Shown here: piece by piece, positions 42,920-57,731 of the stretch
How the letters are laid out: each line of letters begins with the position of its first letter
How positions within the stretch are numbered: the stretch's first letter is position 1
Assembly: GCA_951406725.2 (NCBI GenBank)
Contig: OX597823.1
Location: forward strand, 106,640,001 to 106,704,000
Origin: Octopus vulgaris
Lineage: Eukaryota
DNA: 64,000 nucleotides
Direction: 5' to 3'
The notes under the pieces: model-generated
The model's database searches: none
What the model was told of the DNA's origin: nothing
Seen by the model: only the letters and a program-made list of their open reading frames with translations
Position numbers and translations under genes: made by a program

Positions 42920-44779
42920 CTTCCTGCTTCCATATTTCCTGAGCGCCTTTAATAATAATACTGTAATTGTTCCACGTGTTGTTGTTTTTTTGTTTTCCAG
43001 TTTGGATTAAAATTATATATATATATATATATTATATACATATACACATACATATATATATTATATACATATACACATACATATGTGTGTGTATTCATAT
43101 GTATTTATATATGTATAAGCATGTATGTAATGTATGCATGTAAGTTTTCTAACTACTCACTTTTGTGCTTGATTACTTTTATGAGCTCCATCAGTAACAT
43201 TTGCATATACAGAGGGAGACGTCTCATGTTGCTCATTACTTGATAAGTATCTGCGTAGGTACTTTCGTATATCTATGCTGGAGTGTACATATTCTCATAT
43301 TTTCTTGCCTCCATATATAGTTCTTCTTAAGGTCATTGTGTTGCCTCTACACCGCATTATGAGAACTTATCGTTTCATCCAAAGCCAGCCAATAAGCCTG
43401 TATAATATCATACCATGCTTGTAGCTTCTCTGTTCAGAAGCTGTATGTTGCTCATTTTAAATTCTCATGAAATGCTTTGGTGTACCTGTTTATTAATTGT
43501 TGTTAGCATTATTTTCTGCGAATAGGAAAGCGTGGTCCACGTTATCATTCATGATGAAAGAAGTGCCAGTTGAACACTGGGGTCGATATGTCTCATTGAT
43601 GTGCCAAACTTTCAGAAGAATGTATTAAGTTAACCATTTGTTATTTACCAGCGTGAGTTGAGTGACAGTGCTAAATAAAAACAAAATCTTTTTCTTCTGC
43701 TCGCGGATATACAATTTGTAAATTATTGAAATGTGTAAAATGCCAAAAGAAAAACGGAGGACATTATTTGTAATACATAATTAGAATGTGGTCTTATATG
43801 GATTTACATGGAGTTTTAAACGTTGATTAACCGTTGTATCTCATTGGAAACAGCAATTTATATATACACGTACACATATGTGTGTGTATATGCGGACATA
43901 TATTTAGGTGTATGCGTATGCATGTATAATATAATAAAATCAGGAAGTTTAAATAAAGGAATCAAAATCTTTTACGTAAGTTAAATGTTTACCTTGGTTG
44001 ACAATAGATTTGAAAATTGCAGGAAAATCATATCTCTCTGTTTAGTTCTTTTCAATAAAGACGTTCAGATCAAATTTCCCTTGGAATATTATCGCTAGAT
44101 TACTAGTTGCTCCCTTGCAGTGTAACTTTGTTATTTATTTCAATTTAATATTTTTTAATATACATAGACACACACACACGCGCGCGCTTGTGTGTGTGTG
44201 TGTGTGTGCGCGCACGTGCATGCATCTGTGCGCGTGTGTGTGTGTGTCTTTATGTGAGCGCGCGTGCGTAAATGTCTCTGCTGCTGTTTTAAAATATACA
44301 TTTTTCTCCGTTTATTTGCTCTTAATTGATCGATTAGATTCACTTTTCTAAATCTCTTTTTCTTTTTTTTCAATTTTCCTCATTTGAAATATTTCTATAT
44401 CTCATTTTTTTTTTTTTTTGCAATATTCCTCATTTGAAAAATGTATGGCATTAGTGAATTTTGGAAATTTCTAAACGAATTTTAATGGATTCTTTCAATA
44501 ATATTTATTTTGAATTAAATGAAATTTATGTTTTTATATATCATGTTTTTCATTTACAATTTTTAAAAAATATTTTCCTTCATTATTTTTCAGAAAATTA
44601 ATTGAAGATAGTAAACGGAAAAATTTTTTGTAACAAAATATAATTTTAAACGTTTGAAAGAAAGTCCAAATTTTCATGTTATTTACGTTAAACGTATCTC
44701 AATTAATTCGTGTGTTTCTAACTTTCTTTTTAATTCTCTTTCGCATTTCTCTCTCTCTCTCTCCCTCTTTCTCTTCCAC

Positions 44780-44840
<61 letters not shown>

Positions 44841-45023
44841 GCATGCATACACACACGCGCTCACATAGGCACACACACACACACATGTATACATGAATAT
44901 GTATGTATACATATATATATATACATACATATATTTATATGTATTCTATATATATATCATATATATGTATGCCTGTGTGTATGTACGTATATACGTATAT
45001 GTATATATATATATGTGTGTGTG

Positions 45024-45055
<32 letters not shown>

Positions 45056-45405
45056 TGTATGTATGTATACATATATATATATGTACATGCATGTATCTAT
45101 GTATACATATACGCACATATTAATATTGCTGTATAAATACCATTATTTCTGCTTGAAATATTTAAATGTATCTTTAAATAGTTATATTTTCAATTTTCAT
45201 TTTTAAAACTAAATTACATAAAAAAAAAAGTTGAATAAAGCAATTTGAGTTTAGCTTTAATTTTGTGACCAAGTATTTTAAAATCATATTTTGCAGGCAA
45301 AGGCAAAGGCAAGTATGTTACTAGAGATCAATCCGTAGTGCGTGTTCCCACTCTTTTCAAATTGATAAACCTTTAACGATATATCTATCTAGATTGCTAG
45401 CTATC

Positions 45406-45482
<77 letters not shown>

Positions 45483-45483
45483 C

Positions 45484-45894
45484 AGCCTTTTGGCCTCCGA
45501 CCACTGCCGTGAGAACATCGTTGTCTTCGTCTGCCGACAAAGGCATTTTTTCCAAATACGCCAGCTAAACTTGTACTGTTTATTAGTCGTAAGACACCCG
45601 CTGTTTTTGTCCTGTTTTTACCATTATTGTTTTTTTGTTTTTTATATTCGTGTGGCATCGTCCGTTTTTCTGTCCCTGTTTCGTATACATTCGATCCTTC
45701 TTCCAAGAAATATAATGCTCGTAGCTTAGTTTTTCCTTGGGGCTGGCCGGATCGGAGTCGTCTCTAGATTAATCAGCCGAAATTGCTAGGATGATCCGGT
45801 TCTTGACTGAAGATTGAAGGCTTCGAATGTCCCGTCCGTGTTTTTTGTATCGTCTTCTAAATGTTTTACGTTCTTGTCCCAGTTTGTATTTTTC

Positions 45895-45900
<6 letters not shown>
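45484..45900 (+). mobile_element. Family P4 copy between (TA)n tracts
   Basis: cgccagct..aagacacc..taatgctc-tagcttag..gactgaagat blocks shared with 16280-16620. Confidence 0.65.
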
Positions 45901-45933
<33 letters not shown>

Positions 45934-46632
45934 TATATAGGTAGGTAAATAGACACACACAGAAGCTGAATATCTCGTCGTTGTCGGGTAATTTTCACAA
46001 TAGAGTGCTTTGGCGGACTTTCGGAATAGCAAAACCAAATAGGTTAGATTTTTCTCTATTTTGACGGTAATTTGAACTTTTTTTTATCACACCCTTGCAA
46101 ATAATATGGGGAAGCTTCTTAAGGAAAAAATTTGGAAAATTTATGAAAACTGCCTCTCACTTCCGGACCGATTTTGCCCATTTTGTTTTCTTTTACACTA
46201 AGCACATAAAAACAAATTTATGAATTTTTCAAGCCTTCCCCTGTCCCCGCTCAGTACAGATTTTGGCCATTTTTACTTATTAATTATTGGTACTACGTAC
46301 TGAAAAACGATGGGAGAAGCCTTGAAGATTAAAAAAAGAGAACAATTTGGAAATCGGCCATCACCATTACAGACTCCACAGAGAAAATGGAACGTAATTT
46401 AAAAACAATATTATGTAGTGCTCGGTTGCGTCCGTTCCTTCTATGCATTGTACTTATATACGGACTGAGATACGAAGCCAGCGTGACATGAGAAGTGTTC
46501 TGGTTGTGAACCAAATTATGCCAGAACACACCCACATATACACACCTACAAATAATAGTTAACTTGCTAGACAGACAGACAGATAGAGAGACAGATAAAA
46601 ATATAGATAGATATGTAGATAGATAGACAGAC

Positions 46633-46702
<70 letters not shown>

Positions 46703-46710
46703 GCAGATAG

Positions 46711-46925
46711 ATATGTTTCTTTATTAGCCACACAGGGCTGCACACAGATAGAACAAATTACAAGGTAGAGCTTTTCTTTTGAAGGTTTAAAAAAAAAAAA
46801 AAAAAAAGGAAGGGGGAGTTTCGATCAAAAGGGATCGTAAAAGGAGAGAAAGAGGACAAAAAAAAGGGGGGTTAAAAAAAAGGGGGAGAGGAAAAGAAAA
46901 AATTGATCAATAGGGATCGTTATCA
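46711..46925 (-). mobile_element. Probable non-LTR retrotransposon 3' UTR inserted in (GATA)n
   Basis: Minus strand is pyrimidine-rich and ends tttgttctatctgtgtgcagccctgtgtggctaataaagaaaca (contains AATAAA), resembling the SINE A tail. Confidence 0.55.
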
Positions 46926-46935
46926 CAGATAGATT

Positions 46936-47012
<77 letters not shown>

Positions 47013-47038
47013 GTAGGTAGGTAGGTAGGTAGGTAGAT

Positions 47039-47104
<66 letters not shown>

Positions 47105-47768
47105 GTAGATAGATAGACAGATAGACTGTTTACTTCAAGTATGTTCACGGTATAATCAACAAACAACCAAGCGTCGCTTTATCTTCAGTCATCGCGATTA
47201 AATTATGCCAACATTATCCAATACTACTTAACATTCATACGATGAGATTTCAGGGTAAACACGAGAGCTAATATGTGCCCCATTTATCAACGTCATCAGT
47301 CTTTGCAGCCGTGGGTTCATTGGCAAGCTGTAGTGAGTTCAATTTTATTCGTGAAGAAACCGCACATGTAATTTTGTAAACGATTGGTTTTGCACTAGGG
47401 ATGAGATAGTTGGATATCAGATAACACAATGATTAACTAACATCACGTGCTCTTCGGAGATGGGAAAAACATCATCACATCCGGTTTGTTGTTGGTGTGA
47501 AAGAGAGGAAACAAAGTCGCGGGAGCCCCCGAAAGCGGGAGACTTATCGGGGGTTATGTCCTTCGGCACCAAAGTATGAGGAACAGTGTAATGCTGTAAG
47601 AGTTTGTACATAGTGAGTGAGGGGGTTAGCGTGCTGGTATATGTTTAGGTCTTCTTGTAGGGGAACCCAATCTATATAGGGTACCCACTCTTAATACGAT
47701 GGCAAATTTTTTCTCGCACATTGATTCTATGACTATGGAAATATTATTATGTATATGTCTGTACATGT

Positions 47769-48066
47769 GATCACCGTGATCACCGTGACCGACCAGGCTA
47801 TCAGATGTTGCTACACATCGCTAGTCACAATGCGCTTCGCATTGTTTTAGCCTTCAAATGACGCCACCCTGCTGGCTGAGTGAGCAGGCCAACAGAAGAA
47901 AGAGTGAAAGAAAGTTGTGGCGAAAGAGTACAGCAGGGATCGCCACCACCCCCTGCTGGAGACGCGTGGAGCTTTAGGTGTTTTCGCTCAATAAACACTC
48001 AGAACGCCCGGTCTGGGAATCGAAATCGCGAGTCCGCTGTCTTAACCACTGGGCCATTGCGCCTCC
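47769..48066 (-). mobile_element. SINE family C head with a third tail type, 16-bp TSD
   Basis: TSD atatgtctgtacatgt at 47753-47768 and 48067-48082. Confidence 0.9.
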
Positions 48067-48342
48067 ATATGTCTGTACATGTATATACAGATAATAGCTT
48101 GATAAGCACTGCTGAGAGGTAGTAAAAGTACGAAAAAAGAATATGTGATGAAATTCTGGTGTGAATGTGACAAGAAGAATATCACAGTAGCGGAGAGACT
48201 CCGGACAATTGGCCTCTTTCCTCTTCTAACTGTGTTTTATCTTCCTACTTTTTACCATTTCTCTCTATCTCTCTCTCACTCTCCCTCATTTCTCCCCCTC
48301 TTTCGCACTGCCCCCTCTCTCTGTTTCGCATCTGTCTCTCTC

Positions 48343-48386
<44 letters not shown>

Positions 48387-49230
48387 TCTTCCATTTACTC
48401 TTAAGTTTATCCTGTTGCATGTCATGCTTGCACTCCAAAAGAAAGAGACAGAAAAGCGAAGAAAAGAAAACTGGATGTTCAGAAAGAAATTTAGATGAGA
48501 ATGAGGTTCAGAGTCATGAAGAAATGAAAATTGTGGGAAAAAAAGAACAAAAAAAAAAAAAAAAAGGAGAAAGAAGACAGGGTGAAGCGACGGAGAAGAT
48601 GAAATGCTAGTGAAAAGTGGAGTGAAGATGGTGGTACATTATCGAAAATGAAGAATTATGGGAAAGTTAGCAAATATATCAAAACAGTAACAAAATGAAA
48701 ATAACGGTAAGGCAAACTACGTATTTTTGTAAAGACAATAACAACAACAACGCATAAGTAATGAAGAATACGATTCAAAGGTCAAAATATGGGACCAAGT
48801 GGCGGTGGTGGTGGTGATGTGGTGGTGTGATAGTTGGGGTGGTGGTGGTGGTGGTGGTGGTGATGTACTTGTGTGATAGTGGGGGGTGCAATGATAATGA
48901 TGGTTATGGTCGTGATAGTACTAGTGATGGTGGTGGTAATGATGATGGTGATAGTGATGGTCGTAGTGGTTGCTGTGTTGGTGATGGTGATGGTGATGGT
49001 GATAATGGCTCAGTAATTTGGAGCAAAGGAAAGTAGTCAAACCAAGTAATTCGTTTGAGCGAAGTCAGTTTTGGTAATTGAGAAAAAGTAGACTCTTAAA
49101 CGAATCCAGTTCTCCGGAGCAGCTTCGCTCTTTGTGAATTCGGGCGTTTTGTAGATGGCGCATCGGTAATAAATAAATGCGCGCGCGCAGACACTCACAT
49201 GCATACACACATACACATACATGCACGCAT

Positions 49231-49262
<32 letters not shown>

Positions 49263-49617
49263 GTCTATATGAGTTAGAGGTTAAGCAACCATCTAAGGGA
49301 TAATAAATATCCAATACACTACTGGATGTATACCTACGTATTTATATCCAAGTGCTTACGATTGCAGGGCAGCACCACAATTGAATAATTTGTATGAGTA
49401 GGAGTAAAGCAGAAATTTACCCACAATTTATAAGACAAATAAGAAAATGGAGAGGATAATCAAATCGACAAACATCAGCCTGTAAACATTCATTTGGCTC
49501 AATTTATTAATTAATTACAATCATACGTATAAGTAACCAAAATAACCAAATAAACAAGTAAATAGATAAATAAAAATGAACAAATAAATAAGAATAAATG
49601 AGTGAACAAATACTAAG

Positions 49618-49760
49618 CTCTTACGGCTGTTTCTGCTCTGGGGTTGCCCAATCTGCCGTGTTTTCCACATCATGCAAGGAATATACAGGTATTTTACAAA
49701 GGTTGAACAAATATTGGAAAGCGTTTGGAAATGACTGAGCCCCAAAGCTTCATCAGAGAG
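49618..49760 (-). ncRNA. Hammerhead with ~95-nt loop in stem II, intact core
   Basis: ctct-CTGATGA-a-gctttgggg...ccccagagc-a-GAAAC-AGCC-GTA-agag. Confidence 0.78.
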
Positions 49761-50132
49761 ATTATAATGTTAGGAATCTAACATGTGACGAAGTTGGGTA
49801 AAATAATAAAATAAAATAACATAATAGAAATAGTAAGGAATGGTAAAAAATTCAATTCCTAGGTGATATCCATAATCCATGGAATTAAATCTTATGGTAT
49901 AGAAAGTCACTTCCAGGAGAACTTTCCACAGGTTATGAGAGTTACTTCCTATTTCAATTTTAGTGGGAGAAATAACGAGATAAATATATTTTTCTAATTC
50001 ATAATTCTAAATTTTTACCATTGATAAACAAAAAAATATTGTTGAAAATAGTTTGGTATGTATGTTAATATATTCATTTGAAAACAATTACAAGTTTTTC
50101 AAATTTAGGTGCATTGTCAACAACAAATTTGC

Positions 50133-50163
<31 letters not shown>

Positions 50164-50240
50164 AATTTACAGAAAAACAAAAGACGAAGAAAGGTGTATA
50201 AACAACAAACAGGTTTGACGCTCGGGAAGGTGAGAAAGAA

Positions 50241-50274
50241 TTTTACGTTTCGAGCCTACACTCTTCAACAGAAA
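50241..50274 (-). ncRNA. Hammerhead-like motif, A6U variant, in element ~50158-50290
   Basis: ttt-CTGTTGA-a-gagt-gtag-gctc-GAAAC-GTA-aaa; element 3' end also at 20221-20265. Confidence 0.55.
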
Positions 50275-50291
50275 GGAACACGAGGAAATAA

Positions 50292-50375
<84 letters not shown>

Positions 50376-50553
50376 AAAAACTTTTGGAGCTAGCCGTCAA
50401 TCATAGATATATATATACATATGTTTGTAAGTGTGTTGTGTATGTGTCTGAATGTGGTCGAAGACAGGATGAACAATGTGAATAAATACATTTGTATGTC
50501 TATGTATATCTCTCTGAGTGCGTGCATGATTGTATTAGAGGCATATGTGTGTG

Positions 50554-50588
<35 letters not shown>

Positions 50589-52313
50589 ATATATATATAT
50601 ATGTGCGTTTATATTCGAGCAAGATATGTAAATAGATAGATAAATAGACCGATAGACAGATAACTAGATAGATACAGTATTTTCCGGTATATAGTATACG
50701 CACGTAGTGTAAACATTCAAACATCCTAACTATATTTCCAAATCTTGCTGCATCTCACATGCAATTTTTGGTTCTCCAACATCGTTTTGGTGTATCAGTC
50801 GACCTACATATTTTCGATGTAAATCATGGTGTGAGAAATTCGACTTGGAAGCGGAAATTACGGAAGATATGTAAATTGTCAAATACATTTTGACTGGAAA
50901 CGAATACATGCATAGAAACATATTAATGTATGTATTAACGCATGGATGCCTTTACGTATGCTTGTCCTTCAAAACGTCTTTTTCATTAAATTTAACTCTG
51001 AAATTGTCATTATGCATCAACTTCCTCTTAGTAGATAGCTTAACAGTCAAAACAAGAGTAAAATTCTGATATCTCTTTTGGACATTAATATGTGAAATCT
51101 GTGATTTAAAATCCCTTTTAATCTGCCTAAATCTCAACATTTACAATTTTTTGTCTCATAGACTAAAGCCTCTCTGACACAGATATAATAAACATAATCG
51201 TAGTTTGATTATACAAGTGTTGGGTTCCTAATATTATTAGTTGCCAACAGCTGCATTTAATTTCTGTTGTGTAATTTAGCCGTTTGCTGCGTATCTAAAA
51301 TCTTTATCATTGTAATGCTTATAATTTACAATTCCAGGCAATTCTGTTTTATATGGTACATTTGTACTTTACCGATGCATTCGATTGTACATATCATCAC
51401 CACATCTCAGTCACTTTAGATTCTACATCATTGTAACTACTTAGCGTTCGACCTTCTGAGCTGTACTTTTCAAGACGTACGCGCTACAGTACTTATGTTA
51501 TGATATAGTGTCTGACATAAAGGAAATGGATACCATTTCAAACAATGGCAACTATGTGGGTTAAACATTTTCTATGCTAATTACACATAGCCGATATTAA
51601 ATTTTACATAATGGTGCATTACCAATAAGCTTATCCCTTTCGGGCATTAGACATTTGATAGCTTTGTCTCCTGAATTACAAAGCAATCCTCGTCACTGCG
51701 AAATGTAGCAGTTGCTCGCCAAACTACTCTACTTAGCTTTGTTAACGCCGCTTTCAATCCTAAAGGCAACCATGGTTAAGTATATCTATTCTGATGAGCA
51801 GACATCGTTTCTACGGCTTCACTAAAGTATTACTAAGGAGCTCTCTACCTTTCCTTTCCAGCCAACATGCGGGTATGCTTCAAGTGTTCACAATGACACT
51901 TAGTGGTTAATATATTACCCAGAAGCTGCCGAACAAATATAACATTCGACATTATGTATATATCTCCCTCCTTTGACCTAAAATCCATTAATAATACCTT
52001 ATGTGATATTGAGCTTTCTCGTTCGCAGTTGGATTTTAGCTATTTTAAGCGTCTAGCCTAGCTGTGCCACGGTCTGATATAAGCCCTGGCAGAGCTAATC
52101 AATGGGTATATATGGGAGTAGGGGTATTAGTCTTCCTCTTGGGAGTGTTTATTCTCGGTTGGTAATGTCTCGTTTTTTGTTCATCCAAAGCTACTTGTGG
52201 CATTACGAATAAATAGAGTCGGGTCGTATGGCCGAGGTTGTTTCTTCTTTGTTAAAATCACTCTAAATTAAGAAAAGAATTTGCGAAAGAACAAATGTAT
52301 GTATAAGCTTATA

Positions 52314-52458
52314 GGCGCATGCGTGGCTGCATGATAAGACGCTTGCTTTCCACCTAAGCTTCTTCTGGCACTTTGGACAAGTGTCATCTACTATAGCCTC
52401 GGGCCCACCAAAGCCTTGTGAGTGGGTTTGATAGATGGAAACTGTAAGAATCCCATCG

Positions 52459-52496
<38 letters not shown>

Positions 52497-52632
52497 CGTG
52501 TGTTTGTGTGTGTGTTGGTATCATTGTGTCTGTGTTTGCCCCCCCCCCCACCACTTGGCAACCAATGATGGTGTGCTTACCTCACGGTTACCTAGCAGGT
52601 TCGCCAAAAGTGATCGATAGAATAAGTACCAG
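52314..52632 (+). mobile_element. SINE family B, degenerate
   Basis: ctactatagcctcgggcc-accaaagccttgtgagtgg and gatagaataagtacc blocks. Confidence 0.8.
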
Positions 52633-52830
52633 TCATTAGACTGTAGTCATGCAGAAGCACCGTCTTGAAGAATTTTTAGTCAAAGGAATCGACATCATTA
52701 GATTTTCTTTTCTAAGTCTGGTAAGAATAAAAAAAGAAAAAAAGATATATGTAAATATGAATTTCAAATTTTGGCACAAAAGAAGTATTTTCGGCCACCT
52801 TGCTAACAAATCTGCCAGACATACATTAAT

Positions 52831-52882
<52 letters not shown>

Positions 52883-53087
52883 ATGCATGTATGTGCATCT
52901 GTATCAGTTTGCATAAGAGTCGTTGAAAACATTATCATTAAAATTATCAATATTCCAGCCTTTTAACTCGATGACTTAAACACAAACACAAACACACACA
53001 AACACATACACACATACTCACGCACGCACACGCACATATGCATATATATTCCAGTACAAAAAATAAAAAAAAAAACACGTGAGACGG

Positions 53088-53403
53088 TTGATTGATTGAT
53101 TGATTGATTCTAGTTTCAGCTTATGAGCTGTGGCCATGCTGGGGCACCGCCATTTGGTGTTGCTACTTGGTTTCACTTCATGGAGGCTTTCTAGCAACTG
53201 CTATTTGGTGCATGAGAGAGTTCGATGCAGCTGCCCTCATCTGCCCCTCCTGCCGTGAAGTTGGTTCATCTGGGACACCTGACAGGAAGAGATCCAGCTT
53301 CATTTTAAAGACATCTGTATCCACCCCATGCAGGTCTCTCAGGTTCTTCGGGAGGATATTGAAGAGCTGTGGGCCTCGGAAGCCCAGGCTATCACAGTAT
53401 CTT
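53088..53403 (-). pseudogene. 3' end of a CR1-like LINE (ORF2 C-terminus, 3' UTR, (TCAA)n tail)
   Basis: RYCDSLGFRGPQLFNILPKNLRDLHGVDTDVFKMKLDLFLSGVPDEPT...AAASNSLMHQI*, then ggcggtgccccagcatggccacagc...gctgaaac. Confidence 0.82.
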
Positions 53404-53712
53404 AGTAATTTTAATGGTGGTGTTGATAATGAGTTAGTAACTTGGTTATTATATATTTCGTAATGCTGTGAAATGACAATCACAGCAGAACTAAAAAGAT
53501 TTTTTTTGAAAGTGTTGTTATATTAATATTTTGTTAACAGTTGCCAAACTAACATCAACATGCAAATTAGTTTATGCTAAATAAAACACAGTTTCTCTAT
53601 GCACAGTAGCTCGCCGTTTCTTCCTGGCATCACAAGTGCTAGCCGGAGTTCAACGAGCTCTGACGAAGATTCATTTCGTCCGTAGGGATTGGTGGTATAT
53701 TCCCTTAGTAGA

Positions 53713-54242
53713 GGGCGGCGAGCTGGCAGAAACGTTAGCACGCCGGACGAAATGCTTAGCAGTATTTCGTTTGTCGTTACGTTCTGATATCAAATTCCGC
53801 CGAGGTCGACTTTGCTTTTCATCCTTTCGGGGTCGATTAAATAGGCACCAGTTACGTACTGGGGTCGATATAATAGACTTAAACCGTGTGTCTGTCCTTG
53901 TTTGTCCTCTCTCTGTTTAGCCCCTTGTGGGTAGTAAAGAAATAGGTATTTCGTCTGTCGTTGCGTTCTGAGTTCAAATTCTGCCGAGGTCGACTTTGCT
54001 TTTCATCCTTTCGGGGTCGATTAAATAGGCACCAGTTACGTACTGGGGTCGATATAATAGACTTAAACCGTGTGTCTGTTCATGTTTGTCCGCTCTGTCT
54101 TTAGCCCCTTGTGGGTAGTAAAGAAATAGGTATTTCGTCTGTCGTTGCGTTCTGAGTTCAAATTCTGCCGAGGTCGACTTTGCCTTTCATCCTTTCGGTG
54201 TCGATAAATAAAGTACCAGTTATGCACTGGAGTCGATGTAAT
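53713..54242 (+). mobile_element. SINE family A tandem trimer (184-bp period)
   Basis: Junction aaagaaataggtatttcgtctg at ~53936-53957 and ~54120-54141. Confidence 0.92.
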
Positions 54243-54244
54243 AT

Positions 54245-54423
54245 TATACTCGTTGTTATCGATGATGCTTTCTGGTCGATGTTTCTTCCATTTCTGTGTT
54301 CTTTCTAGACCGTATTCCTCGCACAATCTCTAGTGAACAAACTTAGCTACGTTATCATTGCCTCCTTTTGTAGCGTTTTTGGGCCAGTTTGCTACACTGA
54401 CTCACAATGTAATGTGATTGTTT
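54245..54423 (-). pseudogene. R4/Dong-like retrotransposon fragment, zinc-knuckle region
   Basis: HYIVSQCSKLAQKRYKRR / DNVAKFVH*RLCEEYGLERTQKWKKHRPESIIDNNEY with frameshift; beside a long (ATT)n. Confidence 0.78.
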
Positions 54424-54447
54424 TGTTTTTGCTACCATGCGTTATTA

Positions 54448-54655
<208 letters not shown>

Positions 54656-55200
54656 TCAGTGAAGAGAGCAGTGCATGCCATCAAAATGACACTGGGGTAA
54701 AATATACGAAGCCCAGTATACACATCATGACTACCCGTCTGATAAGGGTACACCAGGCACATGCATCACAACCAATATGTGCGCGACATGGTAATATCAA
54801 GATAAACAGCACATGACCTTGCAGGTGGGGCCCAGTTAGAATTTTCTTCGAGTAGCCCATCCCGCTCAAAAGATCCCTGAATAAGGATTGTTTAAGGATG
54901 TTGAATGAACCACCCATGTTTCCAAAGGTGAATTATCCAAACTCCAAAGAATTCCTCACGACACATGGCTATGATACTCCACTACTACTTCTGCTCGTGG
55001 TCAATGATGCACATGTCGTCAGCCACTAAGGGACATGGTCAACTGATTAAGGTCAAACAACTGACAAACAAATCTGTGCTATTGAGCAAAATATTTGCTG
55101 AAGCCCATCTTTTATACCTAGACAAAAAATGTACATGATAACACTACCAATCAGTTAAGATCAGAAGCCATGAGAGCCACTGCCTGGTACTGCATCAGGG
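54656..55200. mobile_element. (ATT)n-embedded non-coding repeat
   Basis: 54865-55122 homologous to 63630-63893; flanked by (ATT)n on both sides. Confidence 0.7.
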
Positions 55201-55230
55201 ATTCTTTTATTATTATTATTATTATTTATA

Positions 55231-55344
<114 letters not shown>

Positions 55345-55480
55345 CGTCATCATCATTATTTCATCTGTGATCTTAATAGCTATGCTTATTATTAGTAGTA
55401 GCACGACCACAAATATCATCACTGCAGCCATCATCTTCATCACAATTAATACCAGAAAAATTAATCTCATCATATCATGC

Positions 55481-55518
<38 letters not shown>

Positions 55519-55868
55519 ACATCATTTCAACCACTGCCATCCGATTCACCTCCGCCTCCTTTTCTCCAATTTCTGTGCTAAATCCTCCTCCGCCTCATCA
55601 TTATCATCATCCATCATCGTTATTAACATCATCGACATCAAACTCTTCATCCCATGTGTCTCCCACGTGACTCTTATTTCATACGACAGAATTAATTTTT
55701 AAAAACTCCCCACAGTAATAACAAAATAGTTTTAAGTTTGATTTACGCTAGTGGGTGGTGAGGATTGTCTCTAGGGGCCAAAGGCTGACCCATGCGCCTA
55801 GCATAGGGCTTCCTCTAGACTAGGGCTTTATTAATGGACTCTAATTATATTGGTGTCATTGTTTTGTT

Positions 55869-55911
<43 letters not shown>

Positions 55912-56824
55912 CATGTGTGCGTGCGTGTGTGTGTGTAATTGTAATAAAACTATTCTGGTGTGTATGTGTTTTTATACTTTATGCATGTGTGTGATCGTAT
56001 GCATACATGTATGGGCGATCCGTCTAATGGGCGCGCAGGAGATGTGTAAAGGAGTGTGATAGCGTACGTGTATGTGTATGTGTATGATTTTGCGTGCTTG
56101 TGTATGATTTTGCTGATGTGCATATCATGTGCGTACAAATATGTGACTGTATACGTGTGTGTGTGTGTGATGTCCATGTATGTGTAAGTGTGTATACGAG
56201 AGAAATGGTAACCTAAAAGTAGAGATGGAAGTATGTTAGTAAACATGCGAGTGTCGGGGTGGGGGGTAACGTGATTGTCTGTATGTGTGTATACACTTGA
56301 GTATATAACTGTTTGTTCAAAATCTATGCGTGTGCACTTGTGTCGATCTCTATTAATGTGTGTGTAGTGTAAATGCGTATATGGGTATATGTGTGTGAGT
56401 TAGCTCATGCGTATGATTTTCAGTGTAATTCATGATGTGTGTATGATTCTATAATGTTATTCTGTGTGTATGTGTGTGTATGGACTTGTGCGGTATACCT
56501 GTGCATGTTTAGGTCTGTATTTGCATTTGTATAATTCAAACTTGTAGTATTATTACATATGTGTATGTGTTTGGCTCCTGTTAGCGTGAATAAGAGTGTG
56601 TGCACACATGTGTGTACGCAGGAGTGCATCTAAGAAGAATTATATCAGGCACACACTTCTGTTCTCTTTCTTTTTTCTTTTTCATTTTTTTTGTTCACTT
56701 CCGTGAATGCTAGAATTCAATACAAGCAAATATTTTTGAACTACCATGAAAATTCCAAACCTCATACGTTTGTAAGCATACGTATGTACATATGTACATA
56801 TGAATCTGTTATGCGTGTGTACTT

Positions 56825-56846
56825 ACGTATACATGAATGCATGTGT

Positions 56847-56890
<44 letters not shown>

Positions 56891-56961
56891 GTGTATGTAT
56901 ATATATATATATGTATATATAATATATGTATTATATATATGTATTTATGTATATATATGTT

Positions 56962-57004
<43 letters not shown>

Positions 57005-57148
57005 GTGTATGTATATATATATATATATATGTATATATAATATATGTATTATACCAGGTGGTGCTATTAAGTTAGACATGGCCTGGGCCAATAATGGCGA
57101 AACCTATCAAAGTATCAAAGTATATATGTATTTATGTATATATATGTT

Positions 57149-57187
<39 letters not shown>

Positions 57188-57261
57188 TGTATGTATATAT
57201 ATATATATATATGTATATATAATATATGTATTATATATATGTATTTATGTATATATATGTT

Positions 57262-57299
<38 letters not shown>

Positions 57300-57461
57300 T
57301 ATATATATATATATATATATAATATATATATTATATATATGTATTATATATATGTATTTATGTATATATATGTTTGTATATATATATATATTTGTGTATG
57401 TATATATATATATATATAATAATATATGTATTATATATATGTATTTATGTATATATATGTT

Positions 57462-57495
<34 letters not shown>
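56825..57495. repeat. Higher-order TA-rich tandem repeat with 67-bp unique insert at 57054-57120
   Basis: Recurring tataatatatgtattatatatatgtatttatgtatatatatgtttgta unit. Confidence 0.8.
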
Positions 57496-57648
57496 AGTAC
57501 ATATCTTATACTTTATGCATATATTTCATTAATTTGCCTGTACAGCTGATAACTTGCTTGCCACTCGTGATGGTATTTTAATAATGCCATCCCTTCTTTT
57601 ATATATATATATAATACAGGGAGTACAGTTAGACAGCTATTTAATAAA

Positions 57649-57731
57649 CACTACACATGTTTCGATACAACATAGATTCATTACCCAACGGTTTACCTGT
57701 ATAATGGGATCCAGTTGCATCTCCTCAGGTG
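57649..57731 (-). ncRNA. Hammerhead with extended stem II (family P6), intact core
   Basis: cac-CTGAGGA-gatgcaac...gttgtatc-GAAAC-ATGT-GTA-gtg; inner pairing cattat/gtaatg. Confidence 0.78.
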
